Below are positions 26,392 through 36,746 of a DNA stretch of 64,000 nucleotides, in pieces. The notes under the pieces are model-generated. The model saw nothing but the letters and a program-made list of their open reading frames with translations. It ran no database searches and was not told the origin of the DNA. A program made the position numbers and the translations under genes. Within the stretch, counting starts at the first letter, position 1. Every line of letters starts with the position of its first letter. This stretch comes from Nibricoccus sp. (lineage in GTDB: Bacteria > Verrucomicrobiota > Verrucomicrobiia > Opitutales > Opitutaceae): the NCBI GenBank assembly GCA_047602425.1, contig JASGHG010000001.1:608001-672000 (forward strand), given 5' to 3'.

Positions 26392-29300
26392 TTACTTGCC
26401 GTGGCAGTTTTTGTACTTTTTGCCGCTGCCGCAGGGGCAGGGATCGTTGCGGCCGACTTTGGGTGTTTCGCGACGGATCGTGACGGTCGGTAATACAATT
26501 TCCTCCTCAGGCGTTCCCGATGGAGCTTCGGCCGCGCCACCTTGCGTGATGGTCGTCGACACTTGGGTTTGCGGCGGGCGCGAAGCGGCGGCGGGAGGAT
26601 TTTCGGGACCTTGGAGGCGGGCCCCGCGACTGAGGAGCGAGAGCATGTTTTCGAACGACTGTAGGTTGCTCGCGCTGCGGAAGAGGCTCGTGCAGATTTG
26701 CAACCGCACGTTGTTCATCAGTTCCTCAAAGTACGTGTAGGCTTCGTTTTTGTATTCAACGAGTGGATCTTTCTGGCCGTAACTGCGCAGAGCCGACGGA
26801 CTGCCGCAGGCTTTCCATTTCGGTCAGATGTTCCTGCCAGTGATGGTCGATTGCGCTGATGATGTTGTAGCGTTCCAACGCACCAATCGCCTCGGGAACC
26901 TCGACGGATTCTTTGACCGCATAGGATTCCTTGATGCGGCCGACAATGAGTTCTTCGAGTTTTTCGACATCGTTGCCGGTGAGATCCTCTTTCTTGAGCG
27001 TGATCGGGAAATGCGAGTTGACCCAACCGAGCAGACTATCGAGGGCGGCGGGAGTGGGACCGCCTTTCTCGCCGATGCCGGCACTTTCGAGGCGCACAGC
27101 GATCTCTTCGCTGACTTGTTCGAAAATAATATCCTTCGGGCGTTCGGCGTGGATGGCGGCATTGCGAATGCCGTAGACGACTTCGCGTTGCTTGTTCAGC
27201 ACGTCGTCGTACTGGAGCAGGCGTTTGCGAGCGGAGAAGTTTTGCTGTTCGACTTTTTTCTGCGCGCTTTCGATCGAGCGGTTGAGCATCCAGTGCTCAA
27301 GCTCTTCGCCTTCCTTCATCGTGCCTTCCATCATCTTCGAGGCGAGGTTGCCCTGAAGGAAGAGGCGCATGAGTTCGTCTTCGAGCGAGAGGAAAAACTT
27401 CGTGAGACCCGGATCGCCCTGGCGTGAGCAACGGCCGCGAAGCTGGCGGTCGATGCGGCGCGACTGGTGACGTTCGGTGCCGATCACATACAAACCGCCA
27501 AGTTCACGCACGCCTTCGCCGAGTTTGATGTCGGTGCCGCGGCCGGCCATGTTGGTGGCGATGGTGACGGCGCCGCGTTGTCCGGCACGAGCAACGATGT
27601 CGGCTTCCTGTTGGTGATATTTGGCGTTTAGGACGGTGTGAATGATGCCAGCGCGCTTGAGCATGCGCGAAAGCACTTCCGAGGACTCGACGCTCACGGT
27701 GCCCACGAGCACGGGCTGACCGCGCTTGTTGGCCTCCTCGATTTCCTTCATGACCGCGTTGAACTTGTCGCGGCGGGTTTTAAAGATCGAATCGTTCTTG
27801 TCGATGCGGATGCAAGGCTTGTTGGTCGGGATGACCTGCACGGCGAGGCGGTAGATTTCGTTGAACTCGGACGCCTCGGTCTCGGCTGTACCGGTCATGC
27901 CGGCCAGCTTTTCGTACATGCGGAAATAATTCTGAATCGTAATCGTCGCGTAGGTGCGGGTCTCTCGTTCGATGTCGACGCCTTCCTTGGCTTCGACCGC
28001 CTGGTGCAAGCCGTCGGACCAGCGACGGCCCGGCATGACACGTCCGGTGTTTTCGTCGACGATCATGACCTTGCCGTCCTGCACAACGTATTCGACATCC
28101 TTTTCGTAGAGCGAATAGGCGCGGAGGAGCTGGCTGATCGAGTGAATTTCCTCGGAAATTTCGGAGTAGCGCTGCTGCGAGGCCAGTTTGGTGGCTTCGC
28201 GTTGTTCGGGTGTGACGTTGGGATCTTTTTCGAGGAGCGAAAATTCCGTGGCGAGATCGGGCAGCGTGAAGGCGTCGGGATTGTCGGGACGGAGTTTGTT
28301 GCGACCGGGTTCGGTGAGATCGGCCTGATGCTGACGCTCGTCGATCACGTAGAAGAGCTCTTCCTTAAGTTTGTAGAGCTCGTCCTTGTTGAAATCGCCG
28401 TTCATTTCCGTGTCGATTTTGTCGAGGAGTTTGCGCCACTCGGGATTTTCCTGAAGACGCATCAGCTGCTTGTTCTTCGGATTGCCCATCTTGACCTGAA
28501 GCATCTTGAACGCGGCTTCGCGTTTCTGCTCGGGCGTGGCGTCGGCTTTTTCGAGGATCTCCTTGGCTTCGCCAACGAGGCGGTTGCAAAGGCGGGTCTG
28601 TTCAGCGACGAGGCGATCGACGGACGGCTTGAGGCGGGTAAAAGGCTGCTCGCGCTCGATCGGTGCGGGACCGGAGATAATCAGCGGCGTGCGGGCTTCG
28701 TCGACGAGGATGGAGTCGATTTCGTCGACGATGCAGTACCAGTGGTCGCGTTGGACCTGGTCTTCCTTGCGCGTGGCCATGCCGTTGTCGCGAAGGTAGT
28801 CGAAGCCGAATTCGCTCGCCGTGCCATAAGTGATGTCGCGGTTGTACATTTCGCGACGAAGGTCGGAAGCCATCTGCTGTTGGATACAGCCAACGGTTAG
28901 ACCAAGGAAATTGTAGAGGTGCCCCATCCATTCGGAGTCGCGGCGGGCGAGGTAGTCGTTGACCGTGACGAGCTGGGAATTACGACCGTTGAGGGCGTTG
29001 AGGTAAAGCGGGAGCGTGGCGACGAGGGTTTTGCCTTCACCCGTGGCCATTTCCGCAATGCGTCCTTCGTGAAGCGTAATGCCACCGATGAGCTGCACGT
29101 CGAAATGGATCATGTTCCACTCCAGCTCGTGCTCGCAGACGATGACCTTGCGTCCGCAAAGACGGCGGGCGGCATTTTTTACGGTCGCAAAAGCTTCGGG
29201 CAGAATCTGGTCGAGCGTCTCGCCGCCAGTGACGCGGGCGCGAAACTCGTCCGTTTTGGCCCGCAGTTCGTCGTCGCTGAGCGACTGGTAAGACTGCTCC

Positions 29301-29392
29301 AGCTCATTGATGCGCGCGACGATAGGACGGCATTTCTCAAGGAACTTCTTGTAGTGGCGACCCGAAAACCGTTTGAGCAGGAAGGAGATCAT
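26392..29392 (-). CDS. secA: Preprotein translocase SecA, one extra base at about 26791
   Basis: [35 protein letters not shown] and [11 protein letters not shown]. After the frameshift the sequence continues [14 protein letters not shown] to the SEC-C motif [14 protein letters not shown]. Confidence 0.96.
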
Positions 29393-29642
29393 GAAAAAGG
29401 GTTTCATGCTGTAACTGCCGCGCGCCGCATGGCAAACGACAAATTCCACCAACCTCACAGGCAGGCTGTCCGTGGACAATCGTCCAAATCGGCAGGTTGA
29501 TCAACAAAGGTGCTCCTACCGGCAGGCTCCTCTGCGCACCTATTCCCCGTCCTGCCGGACCGCGTGGCAAGTGATCAACTCCGCGTGTGCGCTGGACTTT
29601 GACGCTGTGATTTTACGCAAGCGTCGGTGTTTTCCCGATAAT

Positions 29643-29660
29643 CAGGCACGGGATCTGCAT
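29643..29660 (+). promoter_or_regulatory. Sigma-54 (-24/-12) promoter for the ATP-grasp/transglutaminase operon
   Basis: caGGCACgggatcTGCat: exact GG-N10-GC spacing, about 36 nt before the ATG at 29695. Confidence 0.7.
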
Positions 29661-29694
29661 TATATCCGTTCATAACAAACCCTTTTCTATCTCC

Positions 29695-31185
29695 ATGGTC
29701 GCCGCTCCTGTTTCCTCCCCCGCAGCCAAATCCGAGGCCAAACATGGCATCTTCAAGCCCTATGAAACTAAGGCCTACTTCGACGAAATGCTAACCACCG
29801 AGGGTGACGTCCGGCAGCACTACGCACGGTTCATCGAGCATTTTAGTTCACTAAGTCCCGAAGAATTTAACGCCAAACGCCACGCCATCGACCTCGCGTT
29901 CCTCAAACAGGGCATCACCTTCAATGTCTACGGCGACGCCCAAGGCACGGAGCGCGTTTTTCCGTTCGATCTCATGCCACGCATCATTCCCTCTGCGGAA
30001 TGGGAGCATCTGGAAAAAGGCCTTATTCAGCGCATCACCGCGCTGAACATGTTCCTGCACGATATCTATCACGAGCAGCACATCATCAAGGACGGCACGA
30101 TCCCCGCGCACTACGTTCTCTCGGCCCGGCATTTTCGCCGCGAGTTCGTTAACTTCGAGGTGCCGAAAAACGTCTACATTCACATCTGCGGGTCCGACAT
30201 CATTCGTGATGGAAAGGGCCAGTACCTCGTTCTCGAAGACAATGGCCGCTGTCCATCGGGCGTCAGTTACGTGTTGGAAAATCGCCGCGCACTCAAACGC
30301 ACCTTCTCCGACAATTTCGAGTCGATAGGCGTTCGTTCGGTTGAACATTATCCGACCGAGTTGCTCAATCTGCTCCAGCATGTTTCACCTACCGGCGTCT
30401 CCGAGCCCAATGTCGTCTTGCTCACGCCCGGCTCCTACAATTCCGCGTATTTCGAGCATACCTACCTCGCGCGCCAGATGGGCATCGAGATCGTCGAGGG
30501 GCGCGACCTCCTCGTGCGCGACCAGCGCGTCTACATGCGCACAACCAAAGGACTGCGCCAGGTCCACGTCATTTATCGCCGCATCGACGACGATTTTCTC
30601 GACCCCACCGTCTTCCGCAAGGATTCCGCGCTTGGTGTGCCCGGATTGGTTGGCGCCTATCGCGCTGGCAACGTCTCGCTGGCCAATTCCATTGGCACCG
30701 GCGTGGCCGACGACAAGGTCATGTACTATTTCGTGCCGAAGATGATTAAATATTATCTCGGCGAAGATCCGATTCTGCCAAACGTGCCAACCTACCTCGC
30801 GAACGAGGAGTCCGACCGGAAATATATCGTCGAACATATTGAAGAACTTGTCGTCAAAGCTGCCAACGAAGCCGGCGGTTACGGCATGCTCATGGGGCCG
30901 CAGGCTTCAAAAAAAGAATGTGATGACTTCCGCGCCAAAGTTCTCGCCGAACCGCGAAACTACATTGCCCAGCCGGTCGTCAGCCTCTCGCGCCATCCAA
31001 CCTACTGCGAGAACCAATTCGACGGCCGCCACATCGATCTCCGTCCGTTCGTCCTTTTTGGGGAAAAGCCCGTGATTATTCCGGGCGGTCTCACCCGCGT
31101 AGCCCTTCGCGCCGGCTCGCTCGTGGTCAACTCTTCGCAGGGCGGCGGCTCCAAGGATTCCTGGGTGCTGTACGGGGACAAATGA
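29695..31185 (+). CDS. Circularly permuted type 2 ATP-grasp protein
   Basis: [55 protein letters not shown] and [15 protein letters not shown]. Confidence 0.95.
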   Translation: MVAAPVSSPAAKSEAKHGIFKPYETKAYFDEMLTTEGDVRQHYARFIEHFSSLSPEEFNAKRHAIDLAFLKQGITFNVYGDAQGTERVFPFDLMPRIIPSAEWEHLEKGLIQRITALNMFLHDIYHEQHIIKDGTIPAHYVLSARHFRREFVNFEVPKNVYIHICGSDIIRDGKGQYLVLEDNGRCPSGVSYVLENRRALKRTFSDNFESIGVRSVEHYPTELLNLLQHVSPTGVSEPNVVLLTPGSYNSAYFEHTYLARQMGIEIVEGRDLLVRDQRVYMRTTKGLRQVHVIYRRIDDDFLDPTVFRKDSALGVPGLVGAYRAGNVSLANSIGTGVADDKVMYYFVPKMIKYYLGEDPILPNVPTYLANEESDRKYIVEHIEELVVKAANEAGGYGMLMGPQASKKECDDFRAKVLAEPRNYIAQPVVSLSRHPTYCENQFDGRHIDLRPFVLFGEKPVIIPGGLTRVALRAGSLVVNSSQGGGSKDSWVLYGDK

Positions 31186-31192
31186 TGAGCAG

Positions 31193-31314
31193 TAGTTAGT
31201 ATATGGCAGTTGGTGGTTAGCATAAAAAGCCAACATCAGACAACCGACCTACCAGCTATTTCATACTCACGACCAACTACTACCTACTAGATACTAGCTA
31301 CTAAATACTAACTA
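31193..31314. repeat. Inverted heptamer arrays with no gene between them
   Basis: tagttag/tatatgg/cagttgg/tggttag ... ccaacta/ctaccta/ctagata/ctagcta/ctaaata/ctaacta. Confidence 0.8.
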
Positions 31315-31326
31315 CTTCCCTCCCCC

Positions 31327-32334
31327 ATGCTCAGCCGTGTTGCCAACTGTCTGTATTGGATGAGTCGATACGTCGAACGCGCCGAAAACACTGCGCGCCT
31401 CGTCGACGTCAATCTTCAGCTCATGCTCGATGCGAGCAAGCTCGACGACAAAGCCATCGCCGGCTTCTGGGATCCCATCCTGCAAAGCACCGGCGACGAT
31501 GAACTCTTCGCCAAACTCTATCCGAAGATCAGCGGACGTAATGTTACTGAGTTCCTCGTCTTTAATCCCGACAATGCCAACTCGATCCTCTGCTCGATCA
31601 CCCAAGCGCGTGAGAATGCCCGCACTGTGCGCGACCAGCTCACCGTAGAGCTTTGGGAGGAATTGAATCGGCTCTACCTTTTTCTGAATTCGCCCAAGGC
31701 CAAAACCATGTGGCGCCAGAGCCCGTTCGAGTTTTTCCAGGAAATCCGAACCAGTTCCCTGCTCCTACAAGGCCTCAACGACGCCACCGTCGTTCGTAAT
31801 GAAGGTTGGTACTTCTCGCAGGCCGGCCGCTACATCGAGCGCGCCGACAAAACTTCGCGCCTGCTCGACGTGCAGCACGCCACGCTCACACCCGGCTACG
31901 TCGCCACCCAATCCGATGCGCTCGGCTGGTCCGCGGTGCTGCGCTCGTGCAGCGCATGGGACGGGTATAAGGCGCTCCATGGCGGCCAGGTCGAGCCCAA
32001 GCTCGTCGTGGGCTTCTTGCTCCACTCGGGCGATTTCCCCCGCTCGGTCCGCTTCTGTGTCCAACAATTGAATACAGCCCTCAGGCATATTTCGGGTGTC
32101 GCCGAAGGCCGTTTCAGCAACGATGCCGAGCGCCTTTGCGGTCGCCTGCTTGCCGAACTCCAATTCAGCACCGCCGACGAAATCCTCTCGCGCGGGCTCC
32201 ACGGTTACATCGACGACATGCAGACGAAGCTCAACTCAATCGGCCATGCCCTCTTCCAAGCTTACATCTTCCAGCATTTCGCACTGCAGCAGGAAGACGA
32301 GATTCGCCAACAAGAGGAACAGCAGCAGCAGTGA
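31327..32334 (+). CDS. Alpha-E domain protein (DUF403) with Q/E-rich tail
   Basis: MLSRVANCLYWMSRYVERAENTAR, ARENAR, GRYIERADKT and FPRSVRF; ends QQEDEIRQQEEQQQQ. Confidence 0.93.
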   Translation: MLSRVANCLYWMSRYVERAENTARLVDVNLQLMLDASKLDDKAIAGFWDPILQSTGDDELFAKLYPKISGRNVTEFLVFNPDNANSILCSITQARENARTVRDQLTVELWEELNRLYLFLNSPKAKTMWRQSPFEFFQEIRTSSLLLQGLNDATVVRNEGWYFSQAGRYIERADKTSRLLDVQHATLTPGYVATQSDALGWSAVLRSCSAWDGYKALHGGQVEPKLVVGFLLHSGDFPRSVRFCVQQLNTALRHISGVAEGRFSNDAERLCGRLLAELQFSTADEILSRGLHGYIDDMQTKLNSIGHALFQAYIFQHFALQQEDEIRQQEEQQQQ

Positions 32335-32391
32335 TGCCGCCAAGACGGCGTAAGTCCCGAAGGGCCAAGTACCAAGTCCCAAGGCGCCTGC

Positions 32392-33270
32392 ATGAAACTT
32401 CACGTCTTCCATCGCACCCACTTCACCTATCGCACGCCCGTGCGCGATAGCCTCAATGAGGTGCGTCTACAACCCGTCGCAACCGCTAATCAAAAGGTCG
32501 AAAGTTTCTCGTTGAAGATAACGCCCAACGCCCAGCTTAAGCACCAACTCGATTTCTACCACAACCACGTGCATCGCTTCGACATGCTGACGCCGCATGC
32601 CTCGCTCGAAGTCGAGGCCAGCTCAGTCGTTCACACCACAACACCACCCGATCCGCTCGGCGGGCCGCCCGTGCCCCTGTCGACGATGGCCAAGTGTTTG
32701 GACCTGGGCAATTGTTTCGATTTTCTACAATCCAGCACCTACATCACGCTCGACGCCGACATCGCGAAAGTGGCCCGCGATGTAACCTCAGATTGTACCG
32801 ATGCATGGAATGCCGTCCTCGCGATCAAGCGGTTCATCCACGACGAATTCAAATACCAACCAGCCGTCACCAATGTTCATACAAAAATGAGTGAATCGCT
32901 CCGGTTGCGCCAAGGCGTCTGCCAGGATTTTGCCCATGTGATGATTGGGCTCTGCCGCGCACTGAAAATTCCCGCGCGCTATGTCAGCGGTTATCTTTAT
33001 AATGGCCCGGCCGATGAGCTTAAAGGCGCACAAGCCAGTCATGCCTGGCTTGAGGTTTACCTTCCCGATCATGGCTGGATCGGTGTTGATCCCACCAATC
33101 GACGACAAACCAGCGAGCGCCACATCCGCATCGCCATCGGTCGCGACTACGCCGACGTGTCCCCCATTCGCGGCACTTATCGCGGCACTGGCGAGCGTAC
33201 GCTGCGCGTCGAGGTGCTCGTCACCAACCTCGCCGCCGAACCCATGCCTGCCGTGGCACAGCCCATATAA
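32392..33270 (+). CDS. Transglutaminase-family protein
   Basis: N-terminal HRTHFTY; catalytic triad motifs GVCQDFAH, SHAWLEV and DPTN; GRDYADV.P. Confidence 0.95.
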   Translation: MKLHVFHRTHFTYRTPVRDSLNEVRLQPVATANQKVESFSLKITPNAQLKHQLDFYHNHVHRFDMLTPHASLEVEASSVVHTTTPPDPLGGPPVPLSTMAKCLDLGNCFDFLQSSTYITLDADIAKVARDVTSDCTDAWNAVLAIKRFIHDEFKYQPAVTNVHTKMSESLRLRQGVCQDFAHVMIGLCRALKIPARYVSGYLYNGPADELKGAQASHAWLEVYLPDHGWIGVDPTNRRQTSERHIRIAIGRDYADVSPIRGTYRGTGERTLRVEVLVTNLAAEPMPAVAQPI

Positions 33271-33285
33271 CCATTCATTCCACCC

Positions 33286-36200
33286 ATGTCGATCCACGTC
33301 GCTCTTCATCACCGCACCCACTATCGGTACGATCGGCTGATCAACGTTGGCCCGCAGGTCGTACGTCTGCGTCCCGCACCACACTCACGCACACGCATCC
33401 TCAGCTATTCGCTACGCGTGCTGCCGGAACAGCATTTCATCAACTGGCAACAGGACCCGCAGTCCAACTACCTCGCGCGCCTCGTTTTTCCAGAGAAAAC
33501 CAAGGAATTTCTTGTCGAAGTCGATTTGGTTGCGGAAATGTCAGTCCTGAATCCGTTCGACTTCTTTCTCGAGCCCGAGGTCGAGCAGTTTCCCTTCGCC
33601 TACGACAAGGCTCTCGATCACGAACTCGAGCCATTCCGTCGGAAATGCGATGTCACACCGGAATTCGGCGACTATCTCGCAAAAATCCGGCGCGAGCTCT
33701 ACGCCTTTCCCGGCCGTGAAAAGCCGCGCACGATCGACTTCCTCGTCAGCCTCAACCAGCGCCTTTGGCACGATATCAAGTATACGATTCGCCTTGAGCC
33801 CGGCGTGCAAGCGCCCGAGGAAACGTTGACCAAACTCAGCGGCTCTTGCCGCGATTCGGCGTGGACTCTCTGTCAATTGTTTCGGCATTGCGGGCTCGCC
33901 GCGCGTTTCGTCAGCGGCTACTTGATCCAGCTGAAGGCCGACCAAAAATCCCTCGATGGCCCGAGCGGCGCGGAACAGGACTTCACCGACCTCCACGCAT
34001 GGTGCGAAGTCTATCTTCCCGGTGCCGGTTGGATCGGCTTGGACCCCACCAGCGGTCTCCTCGCCGGCGAGGGCCACATCCCGCTCGCCGCGACGCCTGA
34101 CCCGCAAAGCGCGGCCCCGATCAGTGGACTGATCGATGAGTGCGAATGTGAATTTTCCCACGACATGAAGGTGACGCGCATCTTCGAATCGCCGCGCGTC
34201 ACCCTGCCCTACACCGACGAACAGTGGGCCGAAATTGAAAAACTCGGTCACGCCGTCGACGAGAAGCTCAAGAAAAACGATTGCCGCCTCACGATGGGCG
34301 GCGAGCCGACGTTTGTGAGCATCGACGACATGGACGGCGCCGAATGGAATTCCGTCGCGCTCGGCCCCAAGAAACGCGCCCTCGCCGACGATCTTATGCG
34401 CCGGCTCAAAAAACGTTTCACCACCGGCGCGCTGCTCCACTACGGCCAGGGCAAATGGTATCCCGGCGAGTCGCTGCCACGCTGGGCGTTCGCCGCTTAT
34501 TGGCGCAAGGATGGCCAGCCGATTTGGACCAACGAAGGTCTTTTCGCCCTCGAATCGAAAAACTACGGCCACGGCGAAAAACGCGCCGAGGAATTCATTC
34601 ACGCTTTGTCCCATCGACTTGGTTGTGGCAACCAGTGGATCATGCCTACCTTCGAGGATGCGTGGTATTATCTCTGGAAAGAGCGCCGTCTGCCAACCAA
34701 CGTCGATCCGTTCCAGTCCAACTTGAAGGACGAGGAGGAACGCAAACGCCTCGCCCGCATCTTCGAGCAAGGTCTCGATAAAACCGTTGGCTATACCCTG
34801 CCGCTGCAACGTCAGTTCGGCTCGAAAGGCCCTGAGTGGCACAGCGGCCCGTGGTTCCTGCGTTCGGAGCGCTGCTACTTGATTCCCGGCGATTCGCCGA
34901 TCGGCTTCCGTCTGCCACTCGACTCGCAGCCTTGGGTCACAACCAGCGAATATCCCTACATTCACGAACTCGATCCGTCGGTCGAACGCGAGCCGTTGCC
35001 ACCACGCCCCGCGAAAGACCTGCAAAAATATTTCCCCGCGTCGCGGCTAAGTGCACGCCGTCCGGACTTCACTCCCGGTGCTGGCTATGGCGGCATTCGT
35101 GGACAACAGTTGCCCAAGGAGCCACCGCTGCCGTTCGACCCCACGCGCCAGCCCGCCCGCGGCGAGTCTGCCTCTTGGATCGTGCGCACCGCACTTTGTG
35201 TCGAGCCGCGTCAAGGCCGGTTGCATGTATTCATGCCGCCAGTGCGCACGCTGGAGGACTATCTCGATGTCGTTTCCGCCGTCGAAGACACCGCTGAACT
35301 GCTCGACACGCCAGTCGTCATCGAAGGCTATTCGCCACCACACGATCCGCGCCTGAATGTCATGAAAGTTACGCCCGATCCCGGCGTGATCGAAGTGAAT
35401 ATGTTTCCGGCAACTTCCTGGTCGCAGATGGTTCAGCAAACCGAGGGCCTTTACGAAGACGCCCGGCAGTCGCGTCTCGGCACGGAGAAATTCATGCTCG
35501 ACGGCCGTCATACCGGCACCGGCGGCGGCAACCACATCGTCATCGGCGGCGCCACTCCCGCCGACTCTCCGCTCCTGCGCCGTCCGGATCTGTTGCGCTC
35601 GCTGCTTGGCTATTGGCAAAACCACCCGTCACTCTCGTTCCTGTTTAGCGGCCTTTTCATCGGGCCGACCAGCCAAAGTCCGCGTATCGACGAGGCGCGC
35701 AACGATTCGCTCTACGAACTCGACCTCGCGTTTCGTCAGGTGCCCGACAAAGCCAATGTCCCGCCGTGGCTCGTCGACCGCCTGTTCCGCAACCTTTTGA
35801 TAGATGCCACGGGCAACACCCACCGCTCCGAGTTCTGCATCGACAAGCTCTACGCTCCCGAGAGCAGCAGCGGTCGTCTCGGCCTGCTTGAGATGCGCGC
35901 TTTCGAAATGCCGCCACATGCGCGCATGAGCCTCGCGCAGCAGTTGTTGTTGCGCACGTTGATCGCACGCTTCTGGGAAAAACCCTACCAGCAAAACCTC
36001 GTGCGCTGGGGCACCGACCTTCATGATCGCTGGATGCTGCCGCATTTTGTGTGGAGCGATTTTGCCGATGTCATCGGTGATCTGCAGGCCAGCGGCTTCG
36101 CCATGAAGCCCGAGTGGTTCGCGCCGCACTTCGAGTTCAAGTTCCCGCAGATCGGCGATCTCGAACTCAACAACATCGCGCTCGAACTCCGCCAGGCGCT

Positions 36201-36681
36201 CGAACCTTGGCATGTGCTTGGTGAAGAACCCGGCGCCGGCGGTACCGTGCGTTACGTCGATTCTTCACTCGAACGCCTCCAGGTCAAAGCCCGCGGCCTC
36301 ACGCCCGGACGCCACATTGTCAGCGTTGGCGGAAACGCTTTGCCGCTCCATCCGACAGGGACAAACGGCGAATTCGTCGCAGGCGTACGCTACCGAGCCT
36401 GGCAGCCGGCGAGTTGTTTGCAACCGACCATCGGCGTGCACACACCTCTCGTGCTCGACGTCGTCGACACTTGGAACGGCCGCAGCTTGGGCGGTTGCAC
36501 CTACCACGTCGCGCATCCCGGCGGACGCAACTATGATGTTTTCCCGGTAAATTCTTACGAAGCGGAGAGCCGTCGCTTGGCAAGGTTTTTCAGGTTCGGG
36601 CATACTCCTGGAATCGTGCAGCCGCGCCCATCCGAGCCAAATCCCAACTTTCCCTTCACGCTCGATCTGCGCCGCTGTTAG
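33286..36681 (+). CDS. Transglutaminase fused to a DUF2126 putative amidoligase
   Basis: GSCRDSAW, DLHAWCEV and LDPTSG; then TMGGEPTFVS, VTPDPGVIEVN, GTGGGNH, GNTHRSEFCIDK and LEMRAFEMPPH. Confidence 0.95.
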   Translation: MSIHVALHHRTHYRYDRLINVGPQVVRLRPAPHSRTRILSYSLRVLPEQHFINWQQDPQSNYLARLVFPEKTKEFLVEVDLVAEMSVLNPFDFFLEPEVEQFPFAYDKALDHELEPFRRKCDVTPEFGDYLAKIRRELYAFPGREKPRTIDFLVSLNQRLWHDIKYTIRLEPGVQAPEETLTKLSGSCRDSAWTLCQLFRHCGLAARFVSGYLIQLKADQKSLDGPSGAEQDFTDLHAWCEVYLPGAGWIGLDPTSGLLAGEGHIPLAATPDPQSAAPISGLIDECECEFSHDMKVTRIFESPRVTLPYTDEQWAEIEKLGHAVDEKLKKNDCRLTMGGEPTFVSIDDMDGAEWNSVALGPKKRALADDLMRRLKKRFTTGALLHYGQGKWYPGESLPRWAFAAYWRKDGQPIWTNEGLFALESKNYGHGEKRAEEFIHALSHRLGCGNQWIMPTFEDAWYYLWKERRLPTNVDPFQSNLKDEEERKRLARIFEQGLDKTVGYTLPLQRQFGSKGPEWHSGPWFLRSERCYLIPGDSPIGFRLPLDSQPWVTTSEYPYIHELDPSVEREPLPPRPAKDLQKYFPASRLSARRPDFTPGAGYGGIRGQQLPKEPPLPFDPTRQPARGESASWIVRTALCVEPRQGRLHVFMPPVRTLEDYLDVVSAVEDTAELLDTPVVIEGYSPPHDPRLNVMKVTPDPGVIEVNMFPATSWSQMVQQTEGLYEDARQSRLGTEKFMLDGRHTGTGGGNHIVIGGATPADSPLLRRPDLLRSLLGYWQNHPSLSFLFSGLFIGPTSQSPRIDEARNDSLYELDLAFRQVPDKANVPPWLVDRLFRNLLIDATGNTHRSEFCIDKLYAPESSSGRLGLLEMRAFEMPPHARMSLAQQLLLRTLIARFWEKPYQQNLVRWGTDLHDRWMLPHFVWSDFADVIGDLQASGFAMKPEWFAPHFEFKFPQIGDLELNNIALELRQALEPWHVLGEEPGAGGTVRYVDSSLERLQVKARGLTPGRHIVSVGGNALPLHPTGTNGEFVAGVRYRAWQPASCLQPTIGVHTPLVLDVVDTWNGRSLGGCTYHVAHPGGRNYDVFPVNSYEAESRRLARFFRFGHTPGIVQPRPSEPNPNFPFTLDLRRC

Positions 36682-36746
36682 CAAGCCACGAGATATTTCT
36701 CAACTTGAGTTGCCTATCCTGCATCAACCGACATTTTCTTGAGACA

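Noticed and set aside
26392..26718. Separate SEC-C motif protein
   Set aside because: It is the frameshifted C-terminus of SecA.
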